Positions 36,401 through 48,191 of a stretch of 64,000 bases of DNA are shown one piece after another. Made by a program: the position numbers and the translations under genes. Below the pieces are notes generated by a model that saw only the letters and a list, made by a program, of their open reading frames with translations, was not told the DNA's origin and did no database searches. This DNA is from Antedon mediterranea. Lineage: Eukaryota; Animalia; Echinodermata. Numbering within the stretch: position 1 is the first letter of the stretch; every line of letters starts with the position of its first letter. The stretch is taken from NCBI RefSeq assembly GCF_964355755.1, contig NC_092674.1, positions 30,752,001 through 30,816,000 on the forward strand. Direction: 5' to 3'.

Positions 36401-38440
36401 TAAATATGTCTGGTTTTCCTTAATGCTAAGAGAAAGAAAAAGCTTATGAAAGAGAATTTGGAAACTTTTGGACCTCAAAAAAAGACTATTTTGGGAGACT
36501 TTCATAATATACAGGCCCTGATGCCTGTGTAGGATCTCATAGTTAAACACAACTGGTTATAGTTTTGTAAATAAGTCATACTTACCCGACCATTAAGTTC
36601 TTGTCTCTATAAGCTCTCTTTTGAATGCCGGCATAAGCTGCATTCTGCTCCTCTGTGTATTTCCTGTAAGAATATGAGTAGAATAAACATACTTGTCAAT
36701 CTAACAGAACACTGAGCTCACCTTGACAAGATACTGTAGCAACTCGTAACAGTCCTTTGATCTTATGTCTTGCTGCGACAATTACCAACAGTACTGTACC
36801 ATGTACATATTCTCTGCAGCGCGGTGTCTGTTAAAGGGAGGGGAACTAATCATGTCACAGCCACAGATAAACCATTTGATCTCCGGAGCTCAGCATCATG
36901 TACTTATAGTCACACTAGTCTTACCTTATTCTATCTTCAGTTAGAAGTTTCTCTTTCTTTATATATTGTGTCAGGTTTTCCTGAAGCTCATTAACTGTTG
37001 TTTTCATGATGTCATGGTGACTGGTTGTTGGATATACTTTAAATATATAAAATGTTTATTAAATTTATTCATGTTTTTAAAACAATTCTTTATCTCTTTT
37101 GGCTTGACCAACATGCCAATTGTATTTTGCAGTTTTTAAAAGACAAAAATTAAACCTTGAACCTTGAGAATATAAAACCGGTTAACTCCAAATAAATAAC
37201 TAACCCTCATCTCTCAAACTCCACTTTTTTTTTAAATTTGGCCCCTCAGGATCTGTGTACGAGTACTTACATAAGGAGGTTGCTCCATCCTTGTCTCCAT
37301 CTTCTCTCAATATGATGTGATATTGCGGCGAATAATCTTCAGACTGATATAGTTCTTCAATAACTGTACTGTTACTCTACACATAATAAAGAACAAAAAT
37401 AATGAACACAAAATAATGAACACAAAATAATGAACACAGAATAATGAACACAAAAAACGTTTCCAAGTGTACACGGAATGATTTTCCAGAGGGAGGGCAT
37501 TTCATGGTGTGTGGGTTGTTGATTTGTCCATAATTATTGTTTTTTTCAATGATTTTAGACCAACTCATAATTTTGCATAGTTTGAATGTATAACATCATT
37601 AACTCCATTGTCGTCCATAATTGGAGCCAAATTTCCGTAGTAATTGTTGTTGTTTTGTACACTGCTGCTAATATTATTGTAATGAATGGAAAGGACTTAC
37701 CAGTAATGTCAGACTAACAAGCACAATATCTTTAGCACTACTTGTTGCATAAACACCAAGATTACAGTTTTCACACTTGTTGACAATCCACTGTCCTAAT
37801 TTGAACTCTTGAACTAACTTTTCTTGTTGCTGCAAAATAAAACATAACATTCATTAGTAACATTCATTTGAAAGTCGTTTTGTGAAATTAATAGAAACTT
37901 GAAAGATAATTAAACTTTGGACACAAACATAATAGTAACAAACAACGGCTAAATGTTTTTTAAAATTTCATACGCATTCAACAGTGAGCACAAACTCGCC
38001 AATTACTCTGATGGATAAACTATTTTATAATTTATCGTGCTTATTATAAGTCTCATTTGAGGCTTAGGGAGCGAAATTGAAAGAGTTACAACCGTGGTAC
38101 TAAGTCAGGATTGAGCCACGGACCTTGGAAATGGAAGGCAAGCACATTAACCACCAAGCTACAACTCCACTACAGAAAACATTTTTAAAGAAAATAATTT
38201 GAGATCTTTATGACAGGTTTGGATAAGTGTCCATCTTGTTGTCTTTGTTGAAGAATTGAGTGTTGCACAAACCTGTGAAATTCCTGCAAGATCCAACTGC
38301 ACCAGCGCAACACCTTGTTCAAAAAATGGGTGGCGCAAATGTTCAGGATCGAGATTAAATTGACTGATGTCTGTGGCTTCCCAATCACTGCCTTTAAAAT
38401 GTACACTTATGTTCAAACAAAGACAACACAAACGACCCAT
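24469..38440 (-). CDS. AKT1S1: Proline-rich AKT1 substrate 1 (PRAS40/Lobe), ~11 exons
   Basis: First exon MGRLCCLCLNISVHF..(38273-38440). TOS-like LFDLEG (35066-35140), QYATSVPITMPTWG (24919-25058) and PDRIIASMQAMA..FGDLPRPRLN (24469-24606) match the PRAS40 C-terminal motifs. Confidence 0.85.
25225..25326 (+). mobile_element. Degenerate tRNA-derived SINE head/core preceding the 48-bp array
   Basis: B-box-like GGAGTTCAGGT followed by TGTGCTTTTAGGCAAGACACTT, which resembles the conserved GTGTCCTTGGGCAAGACACTT SINE core segment. Confidence 0.5.
25327..27623. repeat. 48-bp minisatellite, left block (~48 copies)
   Basis: Unit AAACTGTACAGYGGTWGGCTGTAAACTGGCTTGCAGCAAGCCSTTGAC; 16-aa periodicity in the ORF track. 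Confidence 0.98.
28258..29895 (+). CDS. LINE ORF1: coiled coil plus SGNH/GDSL esterase domain
   Basis: Heptad-rich region, then SGNH blocks IIGDSM, RGA, HAGTNN, DGTHLN. Confidence 0.9.
   Translation: MADKKQKKKNEKKKIYKCQANTNGIHMEKEMERIDISDSPPTLTKMDSKPNSQTACSPPTLLRICDEFPSINEQHPGTFDKRFNNIIVNYMEENYELKLQIVRTENENLRTENKSLKSEVESLKQRHLKIHCPKKNDDISKIRADIDKSNERMKKLEKENKNLKLDFESWRLWEKRTMNKEEQIKTLRQQVTETERSLSIAKDEIYELKRTQIAIDTSDFELQRRTRKQIMESHTSSTTTQTRKVSSNTNDSITQTEQLIDNLFEELTNRQPSSTPSKLTKSKSSASAAYQDQLSQYRNKHKQIHSDTALDKKILIIGDSMIKQFKPKRLSRSTNLNVICQTMRGAKIDDIAHKAAVLSTEHNVDRIILHAGTNNSSDDPATIAVKISSLGESLQPRRVTISSIIHRKHESLTESKRINDANDKIRAVARQRNWGFIDNSCIMSKHLSSDGTHLNQIGVGSFAKNVIDHINGNSCDESLSVPVPDIHKPQSSIFHRANMYQRQTEANRPLENHQFLQIKPHRDQIHQEWSQYLDTVRRLQKDTAP
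29841..32909 (+). CDS. LINE ORF2: apurinic-type endonuclease plus reverse transcriptase (start codon uncertain)
   Basis: EN motifs LNARS, SETW, IYRPP, GDFN, LDL, SDH; RT motifs YRPISNL, LDLSAAFDTVDH, VPQGSVLGP, YADDTQ; L2-type C-terminus LHWLPV..RI.FK, DRAFS..AP.LWN.LP. Confidence 0.95.
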   Translation: MESVPGHSPPTAKGHSAISTHFSKLKLCVLNARSTQRKASRKGVEQVSGNGETSTKSTGKHRSIEKEHLNFGVLNARSLRNKCDEFVDLVVSYNLDVVAVSETWLRPDDDLVIGDLTPLGYRFVHVPRVDKTGGGVGILSKSSLVVNLKTDVHTYASFEAIHVHITSNSKSLRLVNIYRPPTLSVTEFLNDFEKMLFDFILFSSEIVFCGDFNIHMDNKKNVAADRFKTLLRSFGLQQHINEPTHCSGHCLDLIITRDDLLLSDVKIHPGLSDHFAIFCKFDLKRPTTHKTVRKSRNLKQIDIDKFTNDIKACVSNITDVSVILEDSVESYSDLRAVLDLHAPVQNKTIRQKEAKPWYTDEIRSERKVRRQLERKWMKSKLPKDRQEYCVQRCVVNGLIEKAKTRYYSSLVSDCTGDQKKLFNIVNKLLHHSKSSVLPSSVSDEALAERFSVFFVNKIKSIRDSLENENTGEVITASDKCNISYGLTRSIRFSQFEPASDEEILKIVKNSPSKSCALDPVPTSLIKKCTSAFIPLITHIVNKSLESGSFPESLKVTHVRPTLKKTGLDPEILKNYRPISNLSFLGKIIEKVVSKRILSHVQKHGLLDPYQSAYKAHHSTETALLRVNNDILRGMDDGKLTALVLLDLSAAFDTVDHSVLLNRLSTYIGIEGNALDWCRSYLEKRPQHVCIGDAISKASFLNFSVPQGSVLGPQWFTIYLHPIRDIISKYDLCYHVYADDTQIYISFKPTMKHSDISLELLQHCIYELRVWMKNNFLKLNDEKTEFVLFGSKQQLEKLPPSFIHIGETQIDPAMQVRNLGVEMDVGMTMISHISKTISASSFHLRNIRRIRKFINETAAKQLVHAFVTSRLDMGNSLLYGLPQKQLHRLQLIQNTAARVVKKLPRYGHISNTLEILHWLPVRYRIVFKILLFVFKSINGMAPEYISDMLRLYVPGRNLRSSDSLLLHQPKSHHSWGDRAFSVTAPRLWNALPSSIRFCKTVDTFKKLLKTHLFIKAYGNHEFS
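33228..34919. repeat. 48-bp minisatellite, right block (~35 copies)
   Basis: Same unit; resumes in register after the LINE (TTA)n tail. Confidence 0.98.
35703..35818. repeat. ~56-bp tandem duplication adjacent to a PRAS40 splice acceptor
   Basis: AATTGTAGCA.TATGATTGTAATGTTAATCTAG.. at 35705 and 35761. Confidence 0.85.
38092..38161 (-). mobile_element. tRNA(Gly)-like SINE head remnant
   Basis: Minus strand TAGCTTGGTGGTTAATGTGCTTGCCTTCCA..GGCTCAATCC (A box, TCC anticodon arm, degenerate B box); a similar remnant at ~56330-56390. Confidence 0.5.
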
Positions 38441-39366
38441 TTTTCCATCGATCTAAAATATAATAATCAATCAAATTATAATATATTTTATAAGCCTGAT
38501 ATTAATTATTATTATTAAGTGTTACTGCAGGCATATTTATTGGAACTGACTATTAGTATTGATGTTGCATCTGATTTCTATAGATACAGTCGACCATGCA
38601 CCCAAGAATTACGTTAATAAGCAGCATGGTTGACTGTGGCGATAGAAATCTAGGCATCCGCAATTTACCATTTCCCTAACTAGCTGGCTGTGAAAGCGGT
38701 GCACCTACAACGCCGACGGCCTGGCTGGGCCCCAAGCAAGGCCAAAGTAAACTCTACACACAGGACAGCTGCACACACACGGCACTGGGTATTCCATACA
38801 CCACACGTACATTACGTACAACAAACGCACACAGACACTACGGAGACAGAGTAAGGACGAAGGCCTAGCTAGCTGGGCCTCTCTAGCTAGCTAGGCTACT
38901 AGCTAAAAAAGTCAGGCCTGGCCAATGCAAGCATATTAAAAATGTTTCATACAACAAAATCCCAAAACAAAACATGGAAAAGCATATAACTCACTAAAAT
39001 AATTTCAAATCAACATTTAAATCAAATTTTTACAAATCAATTCTGCTAGGCCCGACTTTTCGACGACATTCTAAAGTTCCTCTTTTTACGCTCGAGTTTT
39101 CACCTACAAAATATCCTCCAATCAACACGCGCGAAGATATCGTCGGACGTGATGTTATACGCACGTGATGGATGTGATATAGGCGGTCGATTTTTTAGTA
39201 TCATTACCAATACAATTTTAAACTTGTTTTTCACCACTAACAAATAAATGTTTATTTTGATAACATTTTGAAGTATTAATTTTATGTTTTTATTTAATAT
39301 AAATTTAATTATTTGAATTTAAAAGAGGTTTTTAGTATTCTTTCCGAGACTGATTCCAAGTCTTAG

Positions 39367-39387
39367 CATGGAGGTATTACCTCCATG
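39367..39387. mobile_element. P-element-like excision footprint or micro-element
   Basis: CATGGAGGTATTACCTCCATG flanked by the 7-bp direct repeat GTCTTAG. Confidence 0.75.
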
Positions 39388-41059
39388 GTCTTAGTATGCA
39401 CACTAAATTATTTATAGAAACTATATAGAATCTATGACTTATATAATAGAGAGGAGAAAAACTTTTTGAAAAAAAAACCATGCACTTTAATGTCAACTTC
39501 TTGACAGAAGTATCACATAAAATATCTAACTACTTTTCTTATATAATTTTCTGGCATTTGTTAGGCCTTTAGCATAATGTGCAGATAAGCCTGAGTGAAA
39601 AAGTTATTACTATAATATATTATTAAAATACCATACTAATTTATTAGTACTGTTATGATTATTATTTAAAAAAAGTTTGTAATCTGGTAGCATCTTTAAT
39701 GCTATTTTACGAATAGTTACTTTAGTAGAGGGAATATATACATTTATTAAAGAGAAACAGATTTTTTATTTTTTGATGTATTCTTTTCAATGGTTCAAAC
39801 AATATAATTAGCGATAGAAATATTTGTATAAAACAAGAAAGAGGTAACTTACTTTCACTGACTTCTTTCAATAAGGCGAATTAAAAGCGTAGACTAAATA
39901 CCCATGTACGTTGCGTGTATTGATATAATTTCCATCTAAAGTTTGTGCGACGTGAAGAAAATGCACAACCAATTAGAACTCGGGAATGCGTGTTTAAACA
40001 TGGATGAATAAATATTCATAAACCCATGGTTCGAATATTGCTTTTTAAATGGAAAATAAGATTTAGTTCCCACTTGGATGCAAAGCACTACTGCTATAAT
40101 TTTAAAACTTTGTTTTTTTAATAATTGTTCAACTTGTATGCAACTGTAGTCCAGGCCGGTATACAGTACCAAGACAATGTCTATTGATTCATCAGGAAAA
40201 TCAATATATTGGCGACGTCAGAAATGCTTATAAAATACTTCAATTTAGCCAGAAATATTTTGCATTGCTAAGTATCAGAGTGGTTGTATATTTGGTATTT
40301 ATAGATTAAGAATAATAACTCTTTGAATTAGACACAATGTTGGTATAACAACCCAAACTACTAGGTATGTGAAAAGTAAACAAGATTGAAACAAACATAC
40401 ACTAAAACATAACTTTATTGAGTAAATCTCATTCAAAACCTACATTTAAAAAAAGCAGTATACAAACAGCTATAATAATCAATAAGCGAACATGCTATCG
40501 TAAAACAACCTATAAAACAAGATGGCTGTCTAGTTACATGTTTTTGATTTTTTAAGTATCTGCTAACTCTTCTCCCAACATGAATAAAATGACATGCTTA
40601 ACGACGAGCCAACTAGATTTCAGAATTCACACGCGACATTTTTACAATCATTTTCAAAATATTACTTGTTGGCCATTCTGTACAAACTTTGGACACGGAA
40701 AAGAATTTAGAAAATTACAATATTTTCTTTTCCAATACTTGCTTAAATTCCTTCATAATACAAGACTAAAATAATTTTATGTAACATTTTAGTGTAAAAT
40801 ATGTAAGCTGGATAAAACCTACAGTAAGCCACAAATGTGCACAATATTCTCAGCCACCTAACAGTTTTTTTTATTTAATTTTTTCTTTTTTTCAATCTAA
40901 TTGTAACTTTTTCTCATGCACGTTTTATGTACATACATACAAGGAAATCCACATGGCGACATTATCAAGCTTTTTGTTCCAAGAATTCTACGAACAGCAT
41001 GAAGTCAAGGCATGGGCGTTACACCGCATGGATGCAGACCGACGTGTCATTCCACTTAT

Positions 41060-42958
41060 TTACTCATCACTTTCTTCGGATGATGAGGCTTCATCGCTTG
41101 ATGTCGATTCCTCTTCGTCTTCTGAACCGGATTCAGAGTCGTCTTTCTTCTGTTTCTTTGCACCCTTTGGAGCTGCTTTTTGCTGCGGTTGTACCTTCTG
41201 TTGTGCTTGTGGTGATTTTAACGATTTCTTGTATGCTTCCATTGCCTAAAACAAACCCATAAAACATTTAGAGATGTATTGTCCCCCAAAAATAGACAAA
41301 AAAAAAAATAATAATTTTTTGAGTTTTAATAAAAATTAAATTCAACCAAAACCCCATTTGAATATTGTTTTGCTTTAAATCCCCTAAATTACCTTCAAGT
41401 ATCTTTCTTTATCTCTTTGTGCATCTTTGTCATAACTTGCTTTGCGGGCAGGCGTGATACTTCTCCATTTAATAGCCAGTTCTTTAGCGACTGACGCTAC
41501 GTTCCAGTCGGGATGTATTTCTCGCACTCCAGCTCGCTCATCTTGACTGAACAAGAAGAATGCAGACCTGTTTGAATAGATAAAACTTATTAATTAAAAA
41601 AATGTTATAGTGAGAGTTGAGGTCGATAAAGAGAATTTTTATTGATTAACTAAAGTGTTTTTTATATTATGTATCACTATTGTTATTTGGTATGCATAAA
41701 GAACAAACAATTTATGTGACAAAAAAATGTGAAGTGCCCATATATGGACACAATGATGTCATATGACTACCATATTTAAGCATATCCCACCATATTTGGG
41801 CACATCACACTTTTTTACCAAACTAGTTTGATAACTCAACGTGTAATTATTAAGAGAATTGAATAATTTTTACAACAGATTAACAGCATTGACAACAAAA
41901 CAATGCTGAGCATAGGCTTGGTGAAATAGTGACCCCACCCTTCTTTGTCTTACACACATTAGTGACCCCACCCTTCTTTGTCTTACACACATTAGTACCT
42001 GACCAAGCCATGGCCTTTTATTCAAATGTAACCAAGCTACTTTAGAAGTCCATTATTAGCAAAAGGTGTGGATGTTGAGTCATTTTAAGACACTTACAAA
42101 TTTCTCTTTGGTGCGTTAGGGTCCTTCTTTCGTCGTTTACGCCCTTTGCCGACCGTTGGGTTCTCTGGTATATAGTCCTTCATTTCACGTCTGTGTCTTT
42201 CTTTGTCATGTTTTGCCAAATTCATAAATGGTTCTTTTTCTGGATCTTCAAGTGCCTATAAAATTGAAATTAATTAATATTATTCATCATGCCCTCCGAA
42301 ATTAAAAATAATGTAACTTGAAATTAACTACATCATTGTTTGCGATATTTTTCTTATACTGTTTAGTGTACAATATAGTAGTTTTACACTAAATGCAAGA
42401 CAAAGGTTAATAAAATTAATTTTTTTAAATCCTTTTAAAATGGAGGCTCGTTCACCACAAAATGTGTTCTTCCATAAGGCCGTGTTAAAGAAAAAGTAAA
42501 TTCAACTACTAAAATTATGAACATCATAAAAAAATTACACATGGAAAGGAAAAAAGGTATATAAATTGATAATTATTAATGGATTAATAGATTTAAAGTT
42601 AGATATAAATTAAAACAGAAATGCTAATAATTATAAAACTCACTATCAAAAATAGTAGAATTAATCTTAAATCAATATTTTTGCTCCACAGTAGAAAACT
42701 TTTTATCTTTTTATATTCTGTATTTGGCTGAATTTTGGATATTTTACTCTTTAACTTACCCACATACAAATTTCTTGATTAAAGGGGTGTTTGATTAGAA
42801 CAATACATGTATTTAAACGTGCTTACCTTCCATTGAGCAGCACAGCTTTTTGAGAATTGTGCAAACTCCACATGCTCCTTCAATTCCTCTCGGCATTTCT
42901 TGACAAAAAAGGCGTAGCCAGACATGGCTCCTTTAGGTTTTCCTGCTTTCTTTCCCAT
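41060..42958 (-). CDS. HMGB: High mobility group B protein (two HMG boxes plus acidic tail), 4 coding exons
   Basis: [25 protein letters not shown]; [25 protein letters not shown]; tail [15 protein letters not shown]. Confidence 0.93.
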
Positions 42959-44254
42959 GTTGTATTGAAATTAATTGATAATAAACTGTAAAATCTAAGG
43001 AGAAAATTCATATTTAAATTTTAAAACTTATCCCAAATTGACTACCAGACCTGTCATATGAAGCAAAAACTGTGTTGCCAATTAATTACAAAATTTAAAA
43101 GTTTCTTTTAATTTATTTCATCCAAATTTAATTTTCTTTTTGAGAGAGAAACTATATATTTCAATCAATTAAATAAAATCTTTTTACGATATATATGAAA
43201 AATAAATAGTTAGTTTTCAAGATATCAAAATGCATTGTTTATGGTCCTATGCGTAATCACACTGATACTACAGGTCTGTACTATGAAAATACACAACACA
43301 AGAATATGCAAATCAGTTGCAGAGCCATATCTATCAAACATCAAAAATCCGCCATTAAATCGCACGAACATGGAATGTTCGTGAACAGACACGACATTTA
43401 ATCATTATAAATTCGTATGTATACGCCAGAATTTCTCAATTCAATTGCTATCAAAATTATCGAGTATTTTTGGTTAGTATGGCAAATCAAGATACACTAT
43501 GCAATGAAGAGATAGACAACACATACATGTTACAGGCTTCAAAATTATAACACGAGAAGACGAAAAACCGGGGTCATAACAAAGCCGAAAACAACACCCG
43601 AAAACGTCATTTTTATTCTCATGAATGAAACACCCCTTAAAATCAAACATTTTTACCATGTAGATACTAAAGTATTGGTAATTTTCGTCCTGAATAGATT
43701 CTCGTTATTTTTCACCAAAAGTCCTATTCTTTTGCATTGAATTGGCTTCTATATTGCAAGATATAGCCAGGTTTTTGGTAGAAATTCATAGACGGAATAG
43801 ACATTCATATCGGAGAGGTAGGGGTGGTATTTTTAACCATTTATTTCTCGATTCTGTAAGTGAATCTTGAACTAATATTTTGCGAGAGTATTAGTATTGT
43901 GCATTTAAACCGAAAACTACTAATACTTCTGTAAAACTACAAATATATAAATTTTAAATTAAGAACAATTCCAGTGAAAAAGCTCAACAAGGCAATACAT
44001 CATGGCGAAGACCAGTGTTATGTACTGGGCGCATCTGAATGCCGTTCGGGTATGCTCACTTTAAAATACCAAAATCACTATTGAAAACACAAATTAGCCT
44101 CTGAAAACATACTAATGAACTTTGAATATATTTTTTTTATATCACCCAGTACTTTTCTCAACAAGTCTTTGATCGTGCTTTGAAAAATATGCAGTTAAAC
44201 TTACCTTATTTCTACTTCTCAAGCGTCCAACAACTATGAATACAAAACCATACG

Positions 44255-44420
44255 GGTATTCTGTATTATAACGCACGGCTATACCCCACGCTACTTATGC
44301 AAAACGTAGTACAGAAACATGAGGCAACCAATATGGCAATTTCATTGGTCAATTTAAACAGTGTGGGAACGTTTAACCAATCAGCGCCTAGATATAGCAA
44401 ACATTTCCGCCACGTGACCA
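44255..44420. promoter_or_regulatory. HMGB core promoter, likely shared bidirectionally with SAP30L
   Basis: TATA-like element at ~44265 on the minus strand, TATGCAAA, three CCAAT/ATTGG boxes (44328, 44344, 44377), CACGTG at 44411; non-coding first-exon donor at ~44203. Confidence 0.6.
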
Positions 44421-45503
44421 TGTAGCGGGAGACAGTGTATTTCTGTACTACTGTGTTAAGTTACATACTGATCGAATTCCTATATCAATGCGTTGCTTAT
44501 TGTTATAAAATAGACATAATGAAGACACCATTGACAGTCATTTTCAGAATTTTATTTTCTTTATAAAAAATCTTTATAAACCAATACTATACACATATTA
44601 TACTAAATATATTCTACATATTGGTGTAATTACTTGGGTCTCCTTTTTATCTTACCATATAAAATAACTAGCGTTGTATGCCCTGTCTGCTCTCGAGCGT
44701 GTTGCATATTCATGATTTATCTTTGCACAAAAACCCAATGATCAACAACACATTTTGTGCAGAAAAAAATAAAGGTCGACTCGACTAGGAAAAAACAAAA
44801 ACAGAGTAAAAACATTCAATGCATACAGGGTTGGTATACCTTTTTGTTAAATATTGATTTATTAGACACGCTTTAATCGTAGTCTAAATTCTTAAAATAT
44901 TTATAGGTATTAATTTAGACCTATCAATGGTGAATATGTTGGTAAAAGCTAGGCCTAGGCCTATACGTAGGCTCTAGATTCCTTGATTTGAAGGTCGCGG
45001 CTGCGGGGCTAGAGAGGGTACACCAAGCCTACGATTGGTAGGCTTGAATGATCATTTAAGACACTAAAATTAACATGTTGGTAGGATTAGAAAATAATTT
45101 TAAAGTTAGGTTGGCCTAAGAAGATAGGAAGAAGTGTCATTACAATTTTATTAAAATAAAATTTTGTGAAGAACTCACTAAATTAAATTTAGTTTAGGAT
45201 TAATTTGATAAATTGATACATAGCCTACAATTTAAAATATACAGTATAGATAGGCTAAAACATTATTTATAAAATAACTTAATAAAGGCTAGGCCCACTG
45301 CTACCTAAGTTTACAATGGTCAATGTGTTAACTTTTTTGTTAAACCAGTGGTCAAGTTAACATTTATTTTGAAATATCTATTTGAAATTAGATGAAATTT
45401 TTTGAGAATGTTCAATGTGTCGTAAAAAAGAAATAGGTAGTAGTGGTAGTAATTATTTTTTAATTGAAACCTTTTTTTTTCTTTAGGCATCGAAAATTAA
45501 ATA

Positions 45504-47081
45504 ATGAATGGCTTTAGCACTGAGGATGACATTCACGATGGTGGACATGGTCAAATATGCTGTTTAGTGGATGATGGGGAAAGGTGTAGCAGAGCGGCTG
45601 GAAATGCATGTTATAGTAAAAGAATTGCAAAAACAGTTCAACAAAGAAAACTGAAGCTGAACATTGATCATAGTGTGAGTGAAACATAGTACATTGTAAC
45701 CACTTATAATATGATTCACACTAAAACATAAATTAACATTGGGCCTATACAATGCATTTCTTAATACCATTAGCACAAAAATGGATAAATACAGACAAAC
45801 ATTTACTGTACTAACAATATCATTTAATTGATTGGTTTTCAGGTGCGGCATATTTACATATGTGACTATCACAAAGCAGTAATTCAGAGCGTACGGAATA
45901 AACGCAAGAAACGAGAGAGTGACGAAGAGCGTGGAATATCACCTGACAGAGAGTTTGACGCACCTGAGGCAAATTATTGCTCGAAATTTTTTCAGATTTT
46001 TACAAACCTACAAAAATAAAGTTGTCTTGCAAAAGTTGAGCTAATAATAATATCCTACTGTAATATCTGAGAAAACATAATTTTTTTGTTATTATTAAAA
46101 ATCAGAAAAGCATAGGAGTCTTGTACAAGATTTGATTTTCTTAAGTACAGACTTAACCCAGTATCTCTCTCTTTATTTATTAGTCATTGTATAATAAAAA
46201 AAAATGCTTTTTTTTTCCTAGGTTGATTTATTTCAACTGCAAGTGAACACTTTGCGACGTTATAAGCGGCATTTCCGTCTGCAAACTAAACCAGGTCTAA
46301 ATAAAGCACAACTGACCGAGGTAAATTTAAAATGTTACAATAACTCCATTTACTATTCAGCTTATGACTTTGTGTGGCCAGTGATGGAAATAAAATTATG
46401 CTAGGTGGCAGCACAAAATTATGCCAGGCACAATTACGGCCAAAATAGCACAAAAACAAATAATGAAAGGGCAGTGTATGTGTATGTTTTATGCCCAAAA
46501 AAAAAGTCTTCAGGTTTTTCGGCCAAATTATGCTAGATTGGGTCAACTAGATTTTTTTGTAGAATTTAATTTTTCAAATTATGCTAGATTTTCTAAAATT
46601 ATGCCTAGCATAAATGCTATGCCATAAAATGCTTTTATCATCCAGTTATTTCCTCATTCAATGTTTTTACCAAAATGAGTTAACTGTCTGGATTATCAAG
46701 GTTATAAGAGAACAACCTTCAAATTCCCTGTAGTATACAGTACATGTGTGTAATGTAACCCAGTGTTAGAAGGTCAAACCTGCTACTGGTGTACCATGGA
46801 GGTATAATTACCTCCATGGGTGTACTAACTTATTTCTCCATGGTCTCTCTAGTAATAGTTTTTTTGCTTTTGCTGTGTTTAAGATCTCAGTCAAAATTGT
46901 GCATTTATATGACATGTTATAAAATGATTTTAACATTAACAGTATTGGATTTATTTTTTATTAGACGGTGGCAAGGCATTTCAAAACAATACCAGTCGTT
47001 GAGAAAGAAGCTCTGACATTTTTCATATATATGGTGAAGAACAACAAGAGCAGATTTGACCAAAAGCATGACAACTGTTGA
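45504..47081 (+). CDS. SAP30L: Sin3A-associated protein 30(-like), 4 exons, 170 aa
   Basis: Exons 45504-45674, 45843-45968, 46222-46320, 46965-47081; MNGFSTE.., CCLVDDGERC..AGNA.YSKRI.K, HIYICDYHK, VDLFQLQVNTLRRYKRHF. Confidence 0.95.
46795..46818. mobile_element. P-element-like excision footprint or micro-element
   Basis: CATGGAGGTATAATTACCTCCATG flanked by the 7-bp direct repeat GGTGTAC. Confidence 0.75.
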
Positions 47082-48191
47082 AACTGAACGCATTCATTTA
47101 TGATGTCAATTAAATATTTGTGAACTGTTTGGCAACAACATTAAATCCAGATTTTGTTATTTTGGACAATAGAGGGCGACATTGTGAAATTTCAATTCAT
47201 CATAAAGTGCTTGTGAAAATGGTTTCATGATTTTGACACCATAACATAGAATGAACTCTTTAAGTGTACATAACTAATTTGTATCCTATAAGCACTGTAT
47301 ATTTCATTAGGCTGATGATTGGGGTGATTATTTTGAGTTCATTAAGGTAGTGGAATCCACAAAAAACTACATTGAAAGAATGTACATATTGTAAGGGAGA
47401 TATCATGCCAGAGGTATCACATTTTTGCTAAAACAGTATTTATATTTCTATAGCAGCAGTAACATCTAAGATACACATCTAAAAAATTATGTACATTATT
47501 TATCAAGAGTGAAATAAATGTTTGTAATGTAGTAGTATGAAAACATTAATTTGTTTTTTTATTTTTCAAACTAAAAAAATTGACAAATGACAGTAATGTT
47601 TATTCAAAAAAAAGTTTATTTTATCAATATTTGCCCTAGCAGGAATTGCAACAAATCTTATGCACTCAAATTGTGAAGATATTAAACTGTAGCCTTATCA
47701 TATGATTAGTTTAATACTTCACAGCCACAATTCTAAAGCTTTGTCTACACTATCAAACTTTATGTGATAAAGAAATGTGATGTTCCCATATATGGACATG
47801 AAGATGCCATCACTACCATATTTGGGCATATCACTCTTTTTTGTCAAACTAGTTTGATAGTGTAGACAGAGTTTACCAAATTAAAGAGAAAAAAATCATG
47901 TTGTGGCAGATCATGCTTAAACAATATGCATTAAAACAATGTTTGTCTACAATGAAAAATATGCTGTATTTCTGAACATACCGGTGGTATTCACATTTGG
48001 AGAATATGCTGAAACAATGGCATACTCATCAAATTACAACACAGGACCACAATACAATATCTTAACACAGTACCAATAGCTTGTGGGTGGTACTTTATCT
48101 GGATAACAAACTGCATACTTAAGTATAGGATAGAAGTGTTCTATACAAATGCAATAAATGACTTCAAATCATGTATGCTGATAAGATTCTT

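Noticed and set aside
39410-39442. Additional P-like footprints (ATAGA..TCTATG here; also ~49540-49582 and lone CTCCATG ends at ~46837 and ~63464)
   Set aside because: Arms or TSDs are too degenerate to call
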